A stretch of DNA of 64,000 bases from an uncultured bacterium (GTDB lineage Bacteria > Gemmatimonadota > Gemmatimonadetes > Gemmatimonadales > GWC2-71-9). The stretch lies in the NCBI GenBank assembly GCA_965651205.1, contig CBFGRM010000002.1, positions 15,321 through 79,320 of the forward strand. Direction: 5' to 3'. The notes under the pieces are model-generated. The model searched no databases, was not told the origin of the DNA, and was given only the letters and a program-made list of their open reading frames with translations. Within the stretch, counting starts at the first letter, position 1. Each line of letters begins with the position of its first letter. The translations under genes were made by a program, and so were the position numbers. Positions 61,204-64,000 of this stretch are shown piece by piece.

Positions 61204-62469
61204 ATGGCCACCAAGGTAGTTATGGAAGCACTGTCGCCGACGATGGAAGAAGGGCGACTGGTCGAATGGAAGAAGGCCGAGGGTGACAAGGTCACCACCG
61301 GCGACGTGCTCGCCGAGGTCGAAACCGACAAGGCGGTGATGGAACTGGTGGCACGCGCCGACGGCATCCTCCTCAAGCAGGTCGTGGCCGAAGGCGACAG
61401 CGTGCCGGTGGCCGAGCCGGTTGGCTGGATCGGCGAGGAAGGCGAGGAGATTCCTGGTGGTGGTGCGCCGGCCAAGTCCGCCGCACCTGCGCCCGCACCC
61501 GCGCAGAAGCAGCAGGAAGAGCAGCGCCAGGAGCAGGAAAAGGCCGACAGCCCAGCGGCGGAAGAGGGTCCCGCCGAGCCGGCCCCGGCGGCGACAGCGC
61601 CCGGCAGCGCGGCTGGTGAGAGGATCAAGGCCTCGCCAGTGGCCCGGCGCATCGCCAGCGAGAAGGGACTCGACCTCGGCGCCATCAAGGGCAGCGGACC
61701 CGAGGGGCGGATCATCAAGCGCGATGTCGAGTCCGCAACCGCAGCGCCTGCTGCGCCCGGTTCGTATGCTCCCGCAGCCACGGGAGTGGCGTTCACCGAC
61801 GTGCCGCTGTCGCAGATGCGCAAGGTCATCGCCAAGCGGCTGGCCCAGTCGATCGGCCCGATCCCGACCTTCTACCTCACTGCCGAGGTGGATATGGAGC
61901 GTGCCGCCGAAGCACGCGACGCGCTGGTGGCGGCCAATCCCGACGGCAAGTTCTCGTTCAACGACGTGATCATCCGCGCCGCTGCGGAGGCGCTGCGGCA
62001 GCACCCCTGGGTCAACGCCTGGTGGCAGGACGATCACATCCGGCAGTGGCAGGAAATCCACGTCGGCGTGGCAGTTGCGATCGACGAGGGGCTGATCACT
62101 CCGGTGATCCGCCACGCCGACCGCAAGTCGCTCCGAGAGATCTCCGCCGAGGTGCGGGAGCTGGCGGGGCGAGCCCGCAACAAGCGGCTCAAGCCCGAGG
62201 AGTACACCGGTGCCACGTTCACGGTGTCGAACCTGGGAATGTTCGGCATCGACGACTTCACGGCGATCATCAACCCGCCCGAGGTGGCGATCCTGGCGGT
62301 GGGCCGGATCGAGCCCAGGGCGGTGGTGATGGATGGCCAGGTCGTGATCCGCCGCCGGATGAAGGTGACGCTGTCGTGCGACCATCGGGTGGTCGACGGC
62401 GCCACCGGCGCGGAGTTCCTGCGCACACTGGTCGGGATGCTGGAGAATCCGTTGGCGCTGGTCTGGTAG
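61204..62469 (+). CDS. pdhC: dihydrolipoamide acetyltransferase (E2)
   Basis: Has the lipoyl domain EVETDKAVMEL, a PSBD (ASPVARRIASEKGLDL), and the catalytic site SCDHRVVDGA. Confidence 0.9.
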   Translation: MATKVVMEALSPTMEEGRLVEWKKAEGDKVTTGDVLAEVETDKAVMELVARADGILLKQVVAEGDSVPVAEPVGWIGEEGEEIPGGGAPAKSAAPAPAPAQKQQEEQRQEQEKADSPAAEEGPAEPAPAATAPGSAAGERIKASPVARRIASEKGLDLGAIKGSGPEGRIIKRDVESATAAPAAPGSYAPAATGVAFTDVPLSQMRKVIAKRLAQSIGPIPTFYLTAEVDMERAAEARDALVAANPDGKFSFNDVIIRAAAEALRQHPWVNAWWQDDHIRQWQEIHVGVAVAIDEGLITPVIRHADRKSLREISAEVRELAGRARNKRLKPEEYTGATFTVSNLGMFGIDDFTAIINPPEVAILAVGRIEPRAVVMDGQVVIRRRMKVTLSCDHRVVDGATGAEFLRTLVGMLENPLALVW

Positions 62470-62524
62470 CCGCAGCCCTGATTCCTGATCTCTGAAATCT
62501 CTGAACCCCGGGAGTATCACTACA

Positions 62525-63925
62525 GTGGCAAATCACTCCTTTGACGTCATCATCATCGGCGGCGGCCCTGCCGGATATCCTGCCGCAATCCGAGCTTCGC
62601 AGCTCGGGCTCACCGCTGCGGTGGTCGAGAAGGACAAGCTCGGCGGGGTCTGCGTCAACATCGGCTGTATCCCCACCAAGGCGTTGCTCCATTCCGCTGC
62701 GCTGCTGCGCTCGATCCGCAGCCAGGCCAAGGACAACGGCATCACCACCGGCGAGGTGAGCGGCGACTATGGCGTGGCGATGAAGCGCTCGCGCAAGGTG
62801 GCCGACCAGAACTCCAAGGGCGCCGAGTTCCTGATGAAGAAGAACAAGGTGACGGTGTTCAAGGGCACCGGCACGCTCACCTCGGCCAACACCGTGAAGG
62901 TCGGAGACGACACGCTCACCGCCAACAAGGCGGTCGTGCTCGCCACCGGATCGCGGACCAAGGGCATTCCGCCGGTCGGGCTGGAGGTCAACGGCAAGTC
63001 GGTGATCACCTCCGACGAGGCGCTGTTTCTCGAAGCCGCGCCCAAGCGCCTGGCCATCGTCGGTGCCGGAGCGGTTGGCACCGAGTTCGCCGACATCTTC
63101 AACACCTTCGGCAGCGAAGTGACCCTGATCGAGGCGCTGCCCCGGATCCTGCCGGTGGAGGACAAGGAGTCTTCCGACCTGATCACCAAGGCCTACAAGA
63201 AGCGCGGCATCACGGTGATGGCCGGCGTCAAGGTGGTCAAGGCAGACGTGAGCGACAGCGAAGTCACCCTTCATCTCGAAGTGGACGGCAAGACCGAGAA
63301 GATCACCGCCGACAAGGTGCTGATGGCCGCCGGCAGGGCCGTCAACACCGAGAACCTCGGGCTCGAGAAGGTGGGAGTGCAGCTCACCGATCGCGGCTTC
63401 ATCAAGGTCGACCCCGCGACACTCGCCACCAGCGTGACTGGCGTCTATGCCATCGGTGATGTGGCCGGTCCGCCGATGCTGGCGCACAAGGGCACTCGCG
63501 AGGGTATTCACGTGGCCGAGGTGATCGCCGGACACGCGCCGCGCGCGATCGACTACAGCAACGTGCCCAGCGTGACGTACTGTCATCCCGAAGTTGCCAG
63601 CGTGGGGATGACCGAGGAGCAGGTCAAGGAAGCCGGCATCGAGTATCAGGTCGGCCGGTTCCCGTTCTCTGCCAACGGTCGGGCCCGTGCCAGCGACGAG
63701 ACCGACGGTTTCGTCAAGATCATCCGCGGCAAGCAGTACAACGAGATCCTCGGCGCCCACATCGTCAACGGTCACGCTTCCGAACTGCTGCACGAGCTGA
63801 TCCTGGCCCGCACCAACGAGTACACCGTCGAGGAAGTGGACCTCGCCATTCACGCCCATCCGACCCTGTCGGAGGCGATCGCCGAGGCGGCGCTCGACTC
63901 GATGGGCCGGGCGGTGCACATCTAG
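62525..63925 (+). CDS. lpdA: dihydrolipoyl dehydrogenase (E3)
   Basis: VIIIGGGPAGY, the redox disulfide GGVCVNIGCIPTK, and the C-terminal HAHPTLSEA. Confidence 0.92.
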   Translation: MANHSFDVIIIGGGPAGYPAAIRASQLGLTAAVVEKDKLGGVCVNIGCIPTKALLHSAALLRSIRSQAKDNGITTGEVSGDYGVAMKRSRKVADQNSKGAEFLMKKNKVTVFKGTGTLTSANTVKVGDDTLTANKAVVLATGSRTKGIPPVGLEVNGKSVITSDEALFLEAAPKRLAIVGAGAVGTEFADIFNTFGSEVTLIEALPRILPVEDKESSDLITKAYKKRGITVMAGVKVVKADVSDSEVTLHLEVDGKTEKITADKVLMAAGRAVNTENLGLEKVGVQLTDRGFIKVDPATLATSVTGVYAIGDVAGPPMLAHKGTREGIHVAEVIAGHAPRAIDYSNVPSVTYCHPEVASVGMTEEQVKEAGIEYQVGRFPFSANGRARASDETDGFVKIIRGKQYNEILGAHIVNGHASELLHELILARTNEYTVEEVDLAIHAHPTLSEAIAEAALDSMGRAVHI

Positions 63926-63996
63926 ACGTGAGACGTGAGACGTGAGACCACGTCTCACGTCTCGCCTCTCACGTCTCCCCTCTGACGTAAATGGCC
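63924..63996. terminator. hairpin built from 7-nt repeats (AGACGTG)3 / (CACGTCT)n after lpdA
   Basis: GAGACGTGAGACGTG-agac-CACGTCTCACGTCTC (15-bp stem). The 3' arm continues with CGCCTCT CACGTCT CCCCTCT heptamers. Confidence 0.7.
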
Positions 63997-64000
63997 CCGA

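Overview
This is a high-GC (roughly two-thirds G+C by eye) bacterial chromosomal segment, densely coded and mostly housekeeping. I saw no rRNA, tRNA, CRISPR array, transposase, integrase or prophage genes. The taxonomy is only a guess. PEP-CTERM, an ECF sigma factor next to a Ser/Thr kinase, CarboxypepD_reg TonB receptors, many ATGA/GTGA overlaps and leaderless-looking starts suggest a Gemmatimonadota- or Acidobacteriota-like lineage.

Gene content in order:
- glpK (partial), enoyl-CoA hydratase, recF-DUF721-gyrB, deoA, ligA, an acyl-CoA synthetase and a PEP-CTERM protein.
- A PTPS-SDR pair, then a pheA-aroH-aminotransferase operon.
- An ECF sigma factor plus a Ser/Thr kinase.
- An archaeal-style nurA-herA-mre11(sbcD)-rad50(sbcC) operon.
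- A DEAD-box-like protein with degenerate motifs, HU, tdk, coaE, and an Opp/Dpp-type ABC transporter.
- An M28 peptidase, a TolB-like protein and a TonB-dependent receptor.
- TauE plus a TsdA-like dihaem cytochrome c, then a small ars module (arsR, ArsN2-like/ArsC fusion).
- A POT transporter, a glycosyltransferase cluster, an ABC-2 exporter, and lipA plus the pyruvate dehydrogenase complex (E1ab, E2, E3).

The most interesting signals are non-coding or at gene starts:
1. A previously unannotated Phe-rich leader peptide with a terminator/antiterminator attenuator sits in front of an ACT-less pheA operon.
2. A family of hairpin elements built from 7-nt tandem repeats sits at convergent gene ends, and two inverted copies bracket the ars module.
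3. A ~560-bp nested tandem-repeat array of small hairpins lies between glpK and the hydratase gene. A dispersed copy ~31 kb away shows compensatory stem changes.
4. Three genes have conserved N-termini that can only be reached from CTG starts.
5. Several starts lie 6-7 nt after a -10-like box, which suggests leaderless mRNAs.
6. An SD-preceded 16-codon CCx4C mini-ORF lies inside the ars module.

All calls come from reading the sequence and ORF translations by eye. No database search was run.
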